A DNA stretch of 64,000 bases from a virus (Duplodnaviria > Heunggongvirae > Uroviricota > Caudoviricetes): the IMG/VR virus record IMGVR_UViG_3300001688_000696; one strand, written 5' to 3'. The translations under genes were made by a program, and so were the position numbers. Positions 8,371 through 18,810 of the stretch are shown piece after piece. The notes beneath the pieces are model-generated. The model ran no database searches and was not told the DNA's origin. It saw only the letters and a program-made list of their open reading frames with translations. How positions within the stretch are numbered: the stretch's first letter is position 1; each line of letters starts with the position of its first letter.

Positions 8371-11300
8371 ATGAAAAAGACAGGGCGTTTCTTCACCTTT
8401 CTCGTTTTGCTTATTTTGGTAGTCTCCTGCCTGTCAGGTGTGCCAATGCCTGCCAATGCCGCTCCTTTACAGCAAGCGGGGGGAACCGTGATTATCGGGC
8501 CATCAGGCGGTGTGTGGACGTACATCAGCACTCCCAGTCCCAGCACAACCACATCGGAATGGTATCCGACTTCGGGAGCATATAAGGACTGGTATAAGCC
8601 TAGTTACGATGAATCGGGATGGTCGCTCAATCCGGCTACGGGCTGGTCAAAGCAATGGGATACTTTAGGATGGAGCGTCCCTAGCGGGTTATCCAAACTG
8701 GCTTACCATTACAGTTCTGACGCGAATTATTCCATTGGCTTGCATCGCCAGTGGTTTGCCATTCCTGCGGGACAGCGGGCGACATCGGTGAAGCTGGAAA
8801 TCTTCGCCGATGACATGTTCACCGCTCATTTGAACGGCGTAAAACTGTTTACCTATGGGGGCGCTCATTCAGAAACCTTCACCAACATTGACCCCAGCAT
8901 TTTGGCTGAAGGCGGCAACCTGCTGGCGATTTCGCTTTTGAACGCATCCGGCCCCGGCGGCCTTGTTTACAGGCTGACGGTGACATACGCCGACACGGTT
9001 CCCCCAACGTTGGGGTTTAGCGGAGCGGTCAGCAATACCTGGTACAACTCGAACCGAACGATTACGGCGGCATCTACTGACCATTATGGAATTGCCGAAC
9101 AATATGTGTCGGACACAAACGGCAACTGGCGCACCAGCTTTACAGCCACCCAAACCACTGACATCTGGTGTAGAGCAAAAGACAATAACGGCAACTGGGC
9201 AGGGCCGAGCATCTGCGGCAAGGTGCTGATTGACAAAACTGCGCCCACGCTTGGTTTTGCCGGTGCGACCAGCGGCAGTTGGTATAACTCCAACCGAACC
9301 ATCACACCGAATTCAAGCGATTCGGGCGGCTCGGGATTGAGCGCTCAATATGTCTCGGATACAAATGGAAACTGGCGTTCCAGCATCACGGTTTCATCGA
9401 CCACCACGATATACTGCTACGCTAAAGACAAGGCAGGGAATGAAAAAAGCGGCACTTGCGGTACAGTAAACATCGATAAATCCGCCCCATCTGCCGGGAA
9501 AAACCCAACGCTGAACCCATCTTCATGGACGAATGGAAACGTAACCGCCACGGTGACAAAAGGTGACGATACGGGAGGTTCAGGTTCAAAGGGAATTAAC
9601 TGTTCGACAACCAGCAGTGTTCCGACCACCAATACAACAGCGACTACTTGTTCCCAAACATTTACCAGCAATGGAACACTTTATTACCGTACAGTAGACA
9701 ACGCGGGGAACTGGAGTGCGGTTGGGTCTGTAGCAGTCACGAATATTGATAAAACAGCTCCTCAGTCGGGCAAAAACCTGACATTGAACCCATCCGCGTG
9801 GACAAATGGGAACGTGGTCGCCACAATTACCAAAGGGGATGATACTGGTGGGTCTGGCGCAAGAGGGGTGAACTGCGCAAAAACCAGTAATGTCCCCACG
9901 ACAGATACCACAGCTTCAACTTGTTCCCTGACGTTTACTGAAAACGGAACATTCTATTATCGCACGGTAGATAACGCCGGGAACTGGAGCGCAGTTGGTT
10001 CTGCGAATATCACCAATATCGACAAAATTCCCCCTCTGCCTTCGGGTGCCGTTTCTTCTGTCGCCCCGGAAGGCTGGACAAATCAAGATGTAATTGTGTC
10101 AGTTTCAACCGATGAAATAGAAGATGAACCGGGCGGCGTCACAATCTTCTGCAAGACAGATTTAGAAAGCTCCTATACCGAGGGGGGCGAAACGTGTGCA
10201 AAAACCTTCCCGCAAAACGGCGTATTCTCTTATTACTTGCAGGACGCAGCAGGAAACAAGAGTATTGTCCAAACGATTGCTGTTACTACGATTGATAAAA
10301 CACCACCGCAGGTTGCCTTCAGGTACCCGCGTTATACCGTTAGCGATGACAGCCTGATTATCACAGTAGATATAGGTGTAGACGATGAATCAGGTGCGAA
10401 AGGTATTGCCTGCGCCGCCGAAAGTGGGGCGGTTTCGATGGATGACACAGCCGCCCAAAGCTGTTCAATCACCGTCCCGCTAACTACGGCCGCTGTCCAT
10501 CTCTATGCCCGGACGCTGGACAATGCCGGGAATTGGAGTTCTGAAGGCATAGCAACTGTTCATCCCCAACTTGCACCCGCGCCCGTGCAGGAGGTTAATG
10601 TTTCTCAACCTGTACAAAGCGGCGTCTGGCAAAACCACAGCAACCAGCTTACATTCAGTTGGGAATCGCCTGACACTCTGGCGATTGGCTACGAGGTCTA
10701 TTGGGGGACAAATGAAAATGCTACCAGTGGGGTTCAGCAAACCGAAACCACCTTCCAGACCCCGGCGCTGACCGATGGTGTACCGCAGTATTTACGCATC
10801 AAAAGCATCGGGTCATACGGTTATGATTCGGACTGGCAAACTGTTTTTGTGTCGCTGTACGACACAAGCAAGCCGACCGGCATCACATCCGCAACGGAAA
10901 TCCACGGGGTTATTTCTTCGGTTGCGCAGTCGGAGATTGACCAGCCGGCCTTTGTTTGGAACCCGGCAACAGATGTGGCGGGCATACTCGGCTATCAAGT
11001 GTACTTCGGCAATAACCCCAATGGTACATCAACCACGCTGGTGACTACTCCCGAATTTACGGTTGAAAGCCCGGTTGAAAACACCGGCCTGTACTATCTG
11101 CGCCTGCGAAGTGTGGATAATGCGGGGAACTATTCCGATTGGAAGCTGGCGTTTATTTTCAATTACAAAGCAGCGGTTATCCCTAACGTCAGCTCGGCGC
11201 GAGAAATTAATGGTCTCACCAGCGATGTGTGGCAGAAGGGCGTGAATCGCCCGAGCTTTGTGTGGGATGTGCCAGATGAAAACATTACCGGTTATCGAGT

Positions 11301-12690
11301 TTACTTTGGGACGAACCCCAATGGTACATCCGATTACTTCACCAGCCAAACTGCGTATAGCCCATCTGAGCCTGTTACCAACACCGGCACATACTATCTG
11401 CGGGTGCAATCCGTATTATCATCGGGCAAGCATTCGGAATGGAATACGGTGTTCGTGTTCAAGTACGACATCAGCCGCCCCGACCCGGTAGCCTACCCGA
11501 TTACCGAGCTGACCGGTTCTCAGCCGAATATTTGCCAATCGGTGACACGCTCACCACACTTCGTCTGGGGAAAACCCGCAGATGTCGGAAGCGGAGTGGC
11601 GGGCTATAAATACCTGTGGACAAAAGACCCGAATGAGATTAATGAAGAAAAGGCTGCTTTTATCGGCGGGGAATCGCTGGTACTCGACAATATTGATGGC
11701 GGCATCCACTTTTTACTCCAAAAAGCATTTGACTATACCGGGAACGAGTCGGACTGGACAATCACCTATGATTTCTGCTACGCACTGGCAGAAGGTTATG
11801 TTTTTCCAACTGAGGATACCGAGATTACGGCGACCCTGCCGGATAGCAACAATCAGGTGACATTACAACTGCCGGCCGGTATGCACGATGACCCGTTGAA
11901 AATCATGGTTTATGACGGGACAGCGAACACGCCGCCCGTTGCTGATTTCCGAATGCTGGGTACTTCGTTCGGTCTGGAAGCCATTTCTGCTACGACTAAC
12001 GAAAACATCAAAAACTTCAACAAACCCTATACTATCCGGGTGACGTATACAGATGAAGATGTTGCTGATATTGACCCGACTACGCTGAAGATTTATTATC
12101 GCAACCCGGAAACCGGAGAATGGGAAGCCCTGCCGACATCTACAGTAGATACGGTCAATCGGGTCGTTACGGCGACGATTGACCATATGTCCGAATATGG
12201 TGTAATGGGGTTACGCCAGACGGAAAATAGCTACGCAGTTGTAAACGTTCAGGGACAAAGCACATTCAACATTGAGGCTGCGCCGGTTGATTTCGGTACA
12301 GTCAATCTGAATGGCGAACCGAAATACCTTGAAGTTGATTCGCCGGGCTGGACAGCCATTGACCCGACCGGACTTGGCAACGGCTGGACATTACAGGTGG
12401 CTGCTTCGGACTTCGTTTCTGGCGAACGTAGCCTGCCAGTTTCCAACCTTTCTATCCTGCTGGACAATACGACCGTGCAGGTCGTTGCAGGTAATGACTC
12501 CCCAGCTTCACTGGTGGAAAATTGGACGGCGTTGAACTATATCCCGCTACCAGTGCTGACCGCCCAAAATGGTAAGGGTATGGGGACGTATACTTTCACG
12601 CCTCGCTTCTCGCTGTACCTTCCGGCATCCACCTATGCGGGTGAATATCATGCGACCATCACCGTTACCATGATTGCAGGCGGTCAATAG
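8371..12690 (+). CDS. 1439-aa secreted repeat protein (Ig-like/FN3-like tandem domains)
   Basis: Signal peptide. Repeated ~90-aa modules IDKTAP...TGG SG...YYRTVDNAGNWS and FN3-like ...YxVYxGTN... modules. Possible adhesin or host-recognition fibre. Confidence 0.85.
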   Translation: MKKTGRFFTFLVLLILVVSCLSGVPMPANAAPLQQAGGTVIIGPSGGVWTYISTPSPSTTTSEWYPTSGAYKDWYKPSYDESGWSLNPATGWSKQWDTLGWSVPSGLSKLAYHYSSDANYSIGLHRQWFAIPAGQRATSVKLEIFADDMFTAHLNGVKLFTYGGAHSETFTNIDPSILAEGGNLLAISLLNASGPGGLVYRLTVTYADTVPPTLGFSGAVSNTWYNSNRTITAASTDHYGIAEQYVSDTNGNWRTSFTATQTTDIWCRAKDNNGNWAGPSICGKVLIDKTAPTLGFAGATSGSWYNSNRTITPNSSDSGGSGLSAQYVSDTNGNWRSSITVSSTTTIYCYAKDKAGNEKSGTCGTVNIDKSAPSAGKNPTLNPSSWTNGNVTATVTKGDDTGGSGSKGINCSTTSSVPTTNTTATTCSQTFTSNGTLYYRTVDNAGNWSAVGSVAVTNIDKTAPQSGKNLTLNPSAWTNGNVVATITKGDDTGGSGARGVNCAKTSNVPTTDTTASTCSLTFTENGTFYYRTVDNAGNWSAVGSANITNIDKIPPLPSGAVSSVAPEGWTNQDVIVSVSTDEIEDEPGGVTIFCKTDLESSYTEGGETCAKTFPQNGVFSYYLQDAAGNKSIVQTIAVTTIDKTPPQVAFRYPRYTVSDDSLIITVDIGVDDESGAKGIACAAESGAVSMDDTAAQSCSITVPLTTAAVHLYARTLDNAGNWSSEGIATVHPQLAPAPVQEVNVSQPVQSGVWQNHSNQLTFSWESPDTLAIGYEVYWGTNENATSGVQQTETTFQTPALTDGVPQYLRIKSIGSYGYDSDWQTVFVSLYDTSKPTGITSATEIHGVISSVAQSEIDQPAFVWNPATDVAGILGYQVYFGNNPNGTSTTLVTTPEFTVESPVENTGLYYLRLRSVDNAGNYSDWKLAFIFNYKAAVIPNVSSAREINGLTSDVWQKGVNRPSFVWDVPDENITGYRVYFGTNPNGTSDYFTSQTAYSPSEPVTNTGTYYLRVQSVLSSGKHSEWNTVFVFKYDISRPDPVAYPITELTGSQPNICQSVTRSPHFVWGKPADVGSGVAGYKYLWTKDPNEINEEKAAFIGGESLVLDNIDGGIHFLLQKAFDYTGNESDWTITYDFCYALAEGYVFPTEDTEITATLPDSNNQVTLQLPAGMHDDPLKIMVYDGTANTPPVADFRMLGTSFGLEAISATTNENIKNFNKPYTIRVTYTDEDVADIDPTTLKIYYRNPETGEWEALPTSTVDTVNRVVTATIDHMSEYGVMGLRQTENSYAVVNVQGQSTFNIEAAPVDFGTVNLNGEPKYLEVDSPGWTAIDPTGLGNGWTLQVAASDFVSGERSLPVSNLSILLDNTTVQVVAGNDSPASLVENWTALNYIPLPVLTAQNGKGMGTYTFTPRFSLYLPASTYAGEYHATITVTMIAGGQ

Positions 12691-12708
12691 TTCCAACCAT
12701 CTATATCA

Positions 12709-12742
12709 AAAGTCCCCGGTAATCCGGGGACTTTTTGTTTTA
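12709..12742. terminator. bidirectional intrinsic terminator shared by convergent genes
   Basis: gtccccgg taat ccggggac hairpin flanked by an A-run and a T-run. Confidence 0.7.
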
Positions 12743-13975
12743 TTGCAGATTTTCGATTTCTAAGCGGATTTTCTGGAAGTCAAGGGCTTTCTGGAAATCT
12801 TCTTTTCCTTCACGCCATTTGACATTACCTTCATCGAATGCCTTTGCTAGTTCATCTCGGACTTCATCCCCGAGCTGGTGGCGTACCAGTTCCAGATACG
12901 TGTAGGCGAACAACTCGCCGTGGGCGGCGTATTTCAGGCTAATATGTTCCGGCTGGCTGTCTACCACCTGATGCGCCAGCTCGTGCAGCAAAATCATCTC
13001 GTACATATGACGGGGAGACAACCGGATGGTGTTGTTCCAGTTGCATGAAGATGATGTCAGGCTGTTGCTTTTGGTCATCTCGATGCGGATGCTCGTCTTT
13101 GGCGTTAGCCTTTTGAACCAGTTTTGAGACAGCACCTCATCGAGGTATGTGCGCGCTTCTTCCGGCGATTCAAACTTTTTCCCTACCCGGCGCAGCAGCT
13201 CGTTTTCTGCCCGGTACAATCGGATTTTCTGCATATCCCGTTTTGCCTTTTCCGGGTAAGGCTCGCTGCCAATAATCTGGTGTTCCAATGGAAGGCGGGT
13301 GTTTTTCCCGTCATTCAAGAAAAAATCAACGAACTTGCCGATGTAGACCCTGCCATTGAACATGTAGTGATAATAGGTCTTTTTCTCAAGATACGGGTTG
13401 CAGCGAGGGCAGGAAGAAATCGTCTTTTCACCGCTCGCATAGCGGGAATGATTATCTTTCCGTTCAAGCTGAACTGTCCAGCCACATTTGTTGCAGGTAA
13501 CTTTTGTGATTTCATCTCTGGGAACGAAGTCCAACAACCGGCTACAAAATTCGGTGTCGTATTTGTACTGGATTTTGTCTGTCAGGTCTTGAAGACGGTT
13601 TTTTATCTTATCAGGGAACAGGTTCGGGCGGGTTGTGCATGTTTCCTTCGCATACTGCCACATCTTGTAGGCATAAGGTGCATCTGTTTCTTTGCTGTCC
13701 GCGAAAGCAAACCCAATGTCTATCAGCTTATTGACGACATCATACAGCTCTGCTTTCGCGTCTGGGCTATCATATGCCAGCTTAGAAAGCAAATTCAGAT
13801 AGTATTGGCCGATGTTGCTGTTTTCCTGAACCTGTTTTCTATCCAAAATGGACGCACTTACATCACACAAGTACTCGAACTTGCGCAGAGAGCCTATCTC
13901 ATAGTTCGCCAAACGAGTAACATTGTTTTCTGCAAGCATATTCAAAATATTAGAGATTTTTTTCTTACATTCCAT
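12740..13975 (-). CDS. SprT/Wss1-like Zn-metalloprotease-type protein (HELAHQ ... HGELF) with Cys4 Zn-ribbon; paralog of 53778..54977
   Basis: HExxH followed 14 residues later by HGxxF. Ribbon CNKCGW...CPRCNP. C-terminal KAFDEGNVKWREGK shared with the paralog. Confidence 0.7.
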   Translation of the reverse strand: MECKKKISNILNMLAENNVTRLANYEIGSLRKFEYLCDVSASILDRKQVQENSNIGQYYLNLLSKLAYDSPDAKAELYDVVNKLIDIGFAFADSKETDAPYAYKMWQYAKETCTTRPNLFPDKIKNRLQDLTDKIQYKYDTEFCSRLLDFVPRDEITKVTCNKCGWTVQLERKDNHSRYASGEKTISSCPRCNPYLEKKTYYHYMFNGRVYIGKFVDFFLNDGKNTRLPLEHQIIGSEPYPEKAKRDMQKIRLYRAENELLRRVGKKFESPEEARTYLDEVLSQNWFKRLTPKTSIRIEMTKSNSLTSSSCNWNNTIRLSPRHMYEMILLHELAHQVVDSQPEHISLKYAAHGELFAYTYLELVRHQLGDEVRDELAKAFDEGNVKWREGKEDFQKALDFQKIRLEIENLQ

Positions 13976-14087
13976 TTGAACCTTGATGATTGATAATTTT
14001 TCAAATGACGATTTGGGGGTATTTTTAGACGATGATTAAATATTACATGGAAGGTTTATTTTTGCAAATAAATCGTCATCATAATAA

Positions 14088-14654
14088 ATGATAGCCTTAC
14101 AAACTAACGGTCTAGGAATAAAAAACATGGAGTGCGGAAAAACGATTACACATGCTGTTAGCAACGCCCTTGAAGCGGGCGGGCAGGTTGTCCAGCAGGT
14201 CAGTGCTGGTGAATATTATCCAGGGATAAAAGAATATGTCACCGTTGAAAACGGCGGTGTTTTTACCCGCTCATTCAGCATGAGACCAGAAATTATCAAT
14301 GGTAAATTTTACCCTGGTGAATTCGGTTCTGAAGCGGTTTTCAACCGGTTTCGGGTGCCAGAGGAAGAACGCGAAGGCATCCACATTTTTTTTGCTGATT
14401 ATGTGAATGAGGATTTTGAGGGATTTGCTTTTGTTGTCTTTGAAAAGAACGGTCAGTTATATGAAGTCCATGCCAGTCATTGTTCGTGTTATGGGCTTGA
14501 AGGACAATGGAAACCGGAAGAAACGAACTTCGATTATCTCAAAACATGGGCGAACAACAACATGTCGTTTTTGAACAACTATTATTCAAATGGGGAATTA
14601 TATGAATTGTTGAATCTGGTGCTTAAAAACTACGAACACAAACATGCCAGTTAG
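14088..14654 (+). CDS. hypothetical protein (alternative start ATG 14127)
   Basis: 188-aa ORF immediately upstream of a methyltransferase in the same orientation. Confidence 0.55.
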   Translation: MIALQTNGLGIKNMECGKTITHAVSNALEAGGQVVQQVSAGEYYPGIKEYVTVENGGVFTRSFSMRPEIINGKFYPGEFGSEAVFNRFRVPEEEREGIHIFFADYVNEDFEGFAFVVFEKNGQLYEVHASHCSCYGLEGQWKPEETNFDYLKTWANNNMSFLNNYYSNGELYELLNLVLKNYEHKHAS

Positions 14655-14733
14655 AACGAAACGAAATCGTCAGTGATTTTCAGCGTTTCTAGATTTTGCG
14701 CAGAAAGCCCCATTGCCATCCTCTTTATAAGGG

Positions 14734-15597
14734 ATGATGACGATGGACATTATTATTTGTGGCGATGTGTTAGATGAACTCAAGAAAATCCCAGATAGTT
14801 CAATCGACCTGATTGTTTGCAGCCCGCCGTACAACAAAGGCGGGGCAGCGCAGGGATATTTGATTGACAACGTTCTTTATTCCCACTTCCGGGACAATCT
14901 TCCTGAAGGAATCTACCAACAGTGGCAGGTGGATGTTTTGAACGAAGCCTACCGGACGGTTAAGCCGGGCGGCTCGCTGTTCTATAATCACAAAATTCGC
15001 TGGAACGATGGGGAGATTATCCATCCTTATTCATGGCTGTGCCGCACGGTCTGGAAAGTCAAGCAGGAAATCATCTGGGACAGGAAACTCGCGGCGAATA
15101 TTCGTGGCTGGCGCTTCTGGCAGACAGATGAACGCATTTACTGGCTGTACAAGCCGTTCAAGGGCAAACACGGAAATATTGGGGTGGAGTTGAAATCCAG
15201 ACATGCCTCTTTGCGTTCTATCTGGCAGATTACGCCGGAGAAAAAGAACCGCAACTCGCACCCGGCACCGTTTCCGCTGGCGCTGGCAGCCCGGATAATC
15301 TATTCGATTTTTGACGAAAAAAAGGGGAAGCACGTTTTGGATATGTTCTGCGGTTCGGGGACGACTCTACTGGCAGCGAAACTGTTAGGGCACCACTACA
15401 TTGGCATCGACAACTCCCCAGAATATGTAAAAATGGCACGGAGGCGGCTCGAACAGCCGCCCGAACACGATATAGAACGCTTCCAGCAGGAAATCGCCCT
15501 GCATAAGACCAACACCAGCTATGATGAATTCAGAAGCGCAAAGAAGTCCACGGGGCGTTATAAATCGAAGTACCGGCAGCGCCGCCAATCTTCCTGA
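14734..15597 (+). CDS. DNA methyltransferase, beta-class N6A/N4C (N-terminal SPPY motif IV, C-terminal FCGSGTT motif I)
   Basis: IVCSPPYN near the N-terminus and DMFCGSGTTLLAAKLLGHHYIGID near the C-terminus (PF01555-like order). ATG 14743 is an alternative start with better RBS spacing. Confidence 0.9.
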   Translation: MMTMDIIICGDVLDELKKIPDSSIDLIVCSPPYNKGGAAQGYLIDNVLYSHFRDNLPEGIYQQWQVDVLNEAYRTVKPGGSLFYNHKIRWNDGEIIHPYSWLCRTVWKVKQEIIWDRKLAANIRGWRFWQTDERIYWLYKPFKGKHGNIGVELKSRHASLRSIWQITPEKKNRNSHPAPFPLALAARIIYSIFDEKKGKHVLDMFCGSGTTLLAAKLLGHHYIGIDNSPEYVKMARRRLEQPPEHDIERFQQEIALHKTNTSYDEFRSAKKSTGRYKSKYRQRRQSS

Positions 15598-15642
15598 TAA
15601 TCAAAGTGTCCGGCTGAACATCCCGGACGCTTTGTGCTTTGG

Positions 15643-16086
15643 CTATGAAAGGATTGCCCGATTTTCAATCTGTTCATCAACTTCCAGAATATAACGCGGC
15701 GTGCCAATTTTTACGGTGTCGGGGACAAACTGGCACAGCAGCCAGTAGAACTTTTTCGCTGCGTCATTGCATCCGTCAAAAAACAGGATGGTCACAAGGA
15801 CGTTTTCGTATTTGCTGTCATCGTTCAATCGTTGACAATCCCTGGTGATTTCCGCATAATCGCCGGAAAAGTCCAGATAAATGGCTTTCGTCCTCAGCAG
15901 GTTTTCAGTGATTTGCTGGCTTTGCATGGGGAACAGACGGCTGCGGATGGTGGTGGTCATCAGACAGCCTTTGATTTCGATGTCAACCCACTGTGCCTGT
16001 CCAATAAAAATTTTTGCTGCTGTTACGGCCGCACCGAACACAGCCACCAGCATAATCGTCCCCAAAACATAATTTTGATTGAACAT
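15643..16086 (-). CDS. small membrane protein, paralog family member 1
   Basis: N-terminal TM segment. C-terminal FYWLLCQFVPDTVKIG, similar to the next two genes. Confidence 0.6.
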   Translation of the reverse strand: MFNQNYVLGTIMLVAVFGAAVTAAKIFIGQAQWVDIEIKGCLMTTTIRSRLFPMQSQQITENLLRTKAIYLDFSGDYAEITRDCQRLNDDSKYENVLVTILFFDGCNDAAKKFYWLLCQFVPDTVKIGTPRYILEVDEQIENRAILS

Positions 16087-16110
16087 CGCAACTAGATGGT
16101 CATAAATCAG

Positions 16111-16293
16111 TCACAAAAATAAAAATGGCAATCCGAAGCGAATTTGCTTGATGCTCGGATTATCCATTTCTGCCAGCATCCACAAGTCCAGCGTGAACGC
16201 CAGTCGCTTCTTTTCCGGGTCGCATTCGGTAAATTTAACTGGATATTCTTTTTCGATTGATGAAGTGATATGTTTGATGGCCTGCTGTTTCAT
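16111..16293 (-). CDS. small hypothetical ORF (60 aa)
   Basis: ORF only. Confidence 0.3.
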   Translation of the reverse strand: MKQQAIKHITSSIEKEYPVKFTECDPEKKRLAFTLDLWMLAEMDNPSIKQIRFGLPFLFL

Positions 16294-16298
16294 ATTTC

Positions 16299-16904
16299 CT
16301 ACCGAAATCGAATGTTGTCAGGGATAAACTGGCGCAGAACCCAATAAAAAGCCAGTGCCGTTTCAAAGTCATCGTTGAACTTCAAGAACGGGATGGGAAA
16401 AAACTGCGAACCGCCAATTTTTCGGTTGATGACTATCCGGCAGGACGTAATCTTTTCCTTTTGTGTGCTGAAAATGAGTTCAAAAGAGTCGATGCTTTCA
16501 AAATCAATCTTCCAAAGAGACTCTTTTTTTCTGAATAAAAACAATTTCTGAATGGTAATGCAGTCGTTTAGGATATTGAACTGGGATGCGGTGTAAATGT
16601 GCTGTGCCCGAAAGAAATGGCTAATGACAATATATGCCAGCATCGAATTGCACAACCACCATGCAGCCAGCAAAACGATTGATATTTCACCTTTTTCGAC
16701 CGGTGGGAGATACGTATAAGAAAATATGGATAAAAGCACACCTGCCAAATACGCCAAAATTTTCCGCCTGTTTTTGGCGCACCGCAGCCGCCAGTCGTAA
16801 ACGATAAAAGTCAAACCCGTTCCGAGATTTCGTCTCTTGATACGACAGGGATATTTGCGCTGCAATCGGTAAATGACAGCATCAACATTTTGGGCTTTTT
16901 CCAT
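16299..16904 (-). CDS. membrane protein, paralog family member 2
   Basis: TM helices. C-terminal FYWVLRQFIPDNIRF. Confidence 0.6.
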   Translation of the reverse strand: MEKAQNVDAVIYRLQRKYPCRIKRRNLGTGLTFIVYDWRLRCAKNRRKILAYLAGVLLSIFSYTYLPPVEKGEISIVLLAAWWLCNSMLAYIVISHFFRAQHIYTASQFNILNDCITIQKLFLFRKKESLWKIDFESIDSFELIFSTQKEKITSCRIVINRKIGGSQFFPIPFLKFNDDFETALAFYWVLRQFIPDNIRFR

Positions 16905-16916
16905 GTTCCCCCATAC

Positions 16917-17462
16917 TTATTGATTTGTTGCAAGTTTGCCCCTCGACATATCCAGCACAAAATCATCATCGATGCGGATAGTTTCAGGGAAAAGGCTTTT
17001 CATCAGACTGAAAACTTCTGTGGCGGCGTCATGGTTTCCGCGAATATTGAATACAGTTTGCGGATATGACTCACTGGCGATGTCCTGCTGCTTGGAGATT
17101 TGTAGGCTGGTGCTGGACATATCGAAATAAGGGTCAGTCATGTGGCAGAGACGGCAGGACGCGATGTCTGACAAACTTATATCCAGCTTCACCTTTCCGG
17201 GGATGATGCAGTAAAAATATTCCCGGACGGTTAGCCTGCCGCCAGCGATTTGGATGCGTTCATGCTCAAAGTGACGGTACGAATTCAGCAGCAAGCAAAC
17301 CCGGAACACCATTCCGAACAGGATGGTCGCTATCACTACAATCGCAAACCAACTGCCATCCAAAGCCTTGCCTATAAAAAGGGGAATTAACAGCAGCGTG
17401 AACAGTTCACCCCATTCCATTGGGTATCTATTTTTCATGGTTTTCCAGACGAGCAACCTCAA
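16917..17462 (-). CDS. membrane protein, paralog family member 3
   Basis: Two N-terminal TM helices. C-terminal FSLMKSLFPETIRID. Confidence 0.6.
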   Translation of the reverse strand: MRLLVWKTMKNRYPMEWGELFTLLLIPLFIGKALDGSWFAIVVIATILFGMVFRVCLLLNSYRHFEHERIQIAGGRLTVREYFYCIIPGKVKLDISLSDIASCRLCHMTDPYFDMSSTSLQISKQQDIASESYPQTVFNIRGNHDAATEVFSLMKSLFPETIRIDDDFVLDMSRGKLATNQ

Positions 17463-17550
17463 ATCAAGGCGCTGATTTGCCGGGTCGTAGTCCAGTACCT
17501 TGCAAGGCAGTTTTTTTCGATGCGGGAAATGGTGTCGTCCATGTGTTTTC

Positions 17551-18573
17551 CTATTTGGTCAGTTTCACAATCAGCGGTTCTTGCTTGATAAGACTGATGT
17601 TCGCCGGGTCAAACCGGGATTTTTCCACCAGCTTATAAATGTCATCGATGCTAAAGCCCTTCTGAAAGGTTTTCTTCGGGGTCAGCCAGCCATCTTGCTC
17701 CGGTGTCCAATCGGAGTTCATCTGTTGGTTGAGTTCCTTTGCGGTACGCACTGTCAGGAACAACGTGCCACCCGTGGGAAGGAAATCAAAAATCTCGTTC
17801 AGAACGGCGATGCGCTCCGGTTCGTACAGCGTGTTCAACACGTATGTACAGGTGACGGTTGAGAACCTGCCTGCTTCAAAATCCGCAGGCTTCCGTTCAC
17901 AACGGTGGTTAGGGTCGTAGCCATCGGCATCCAAACCACTCTGGCGGTAGAACTCGATGTCCGTTCCGTAGCCGCAGCCCCAATCAAACACATTCCTTGC
18001 CAGCAATCCTTTTTTCACCAACAGCCGGGCGGTCACTGATGGCGCTGTGCGGTGGATGGCGGTCTTGCCGGACATTTCAAGGGAACTGCCGGACGAAATG
18101 GGTTTCAGCTCGTGGTTTTCAATCCGCAGTCCCTTTTGTGTCAGTAGGTTTTCCCAATAATTTTTCCGCCCAATAAAGCGCAGATGCTCGGGGGCGTATA
18201 ATCCCGCCTGTTCTTCGGCGGCGGTCAAGGCGGCAAATTGTGCGTATTGCGGATGGGCTTCAGAAACGAAGGTTTCCTTGCGGTGCAAAATCAGTGGGTT
18301 ATTGGGCGAACCATTTCCACGCTTGACCTGGCCGCCGGGCATCTCGACCTTGACCCATGCCACCAGTTCGGGGTGCGGGTCGGCGTCAAAATCACGGTAC
18401 TGGCTGAAGGTGACGCTACGCCGGTCTCTGGAAACCTTGATGAGATTCCAATCAAATTCATCTGGCAAATATTTCTTCGCGCTTTCAACCAACTCAGCAT
18501 CCACTTCGTCTAAAAGCGCCTGATAAGAACGGTGAATGTAGATGTTTCCAAAAACGTTTTTGGGCATTTTCAA
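17551..18573 (-). CDS. SAM-dependent methyltransferase-fold protein (VFDWGCGYGTD motif I) with N-terminal extension
   Basis: Class I methyltransferase glycine-rich motif in the C-terminal half. The N-terminal ~180 aa are of unknown function. Confidence 0.65.
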   Translation of the reverse strand: MKMPKNVFGNIYIHRSYQALLDEVDAELVESAKKYLPDEFDWNLIKVSRDRRSVTFSQYRDFDADPHPELVAWVKVEMPGGQVKRGNGSPNNPLILHRKETFVSEAHPQYAQFAALTAAEEQAGLYAPEHLRFIGRKNYWENLLTQKGLRIENHELKPISSGSSLEMSGKTAIHRTAPSVTARLLVKKGLLARNVFDWGCGYGTDIEFYRQSGLDADGYDPNHRCERKPADFEAGRFSTVTCTYVLNTLYEPERIAVLNEIFDFLPTGGTLFLTVRTAKELNQQMNSDWTPEQDGWLTPKKTFQKGFSIDDIYKLVEKSRFDPANISLIKQEPLIVKLTK

Positions 18574-18810
18574 TTCCTGAACAATCTTTTGTTTTTATGA
18601 TAGGAATTGGAAGGGGAAGGCTGGCGACTGAAGAAATTGGACAAAAGGTCAGTAATGAACGACTTTTCGTCTGATAATTGCCCCCTTGATTGCAAAACAG
18701 AAAAAGGCGGAGATAAACCGCCTTTTTCTGTTAATTGTGGATTGGTCAAACAAACCATCTTTTCTATAGCTTGCGCGTTGTGGCGAGAAAATATTTTCAA
18801 AGGACATCAA

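Noticed and set aside
13124-13993. 289-aa plus-strand ORF
   Set aside because: It is antisense to the SprT-like gene 12740..13975, has no RBS and a composition typical of a shadow frame.
17500-17862. Plus-strand 120-aa ORF and several 60-100-aa ORFs inside long genes
   Set aside because: They are shadow ORFs antisense to well-supported genes (e.g. also 43066..43587 and 44998..45744).
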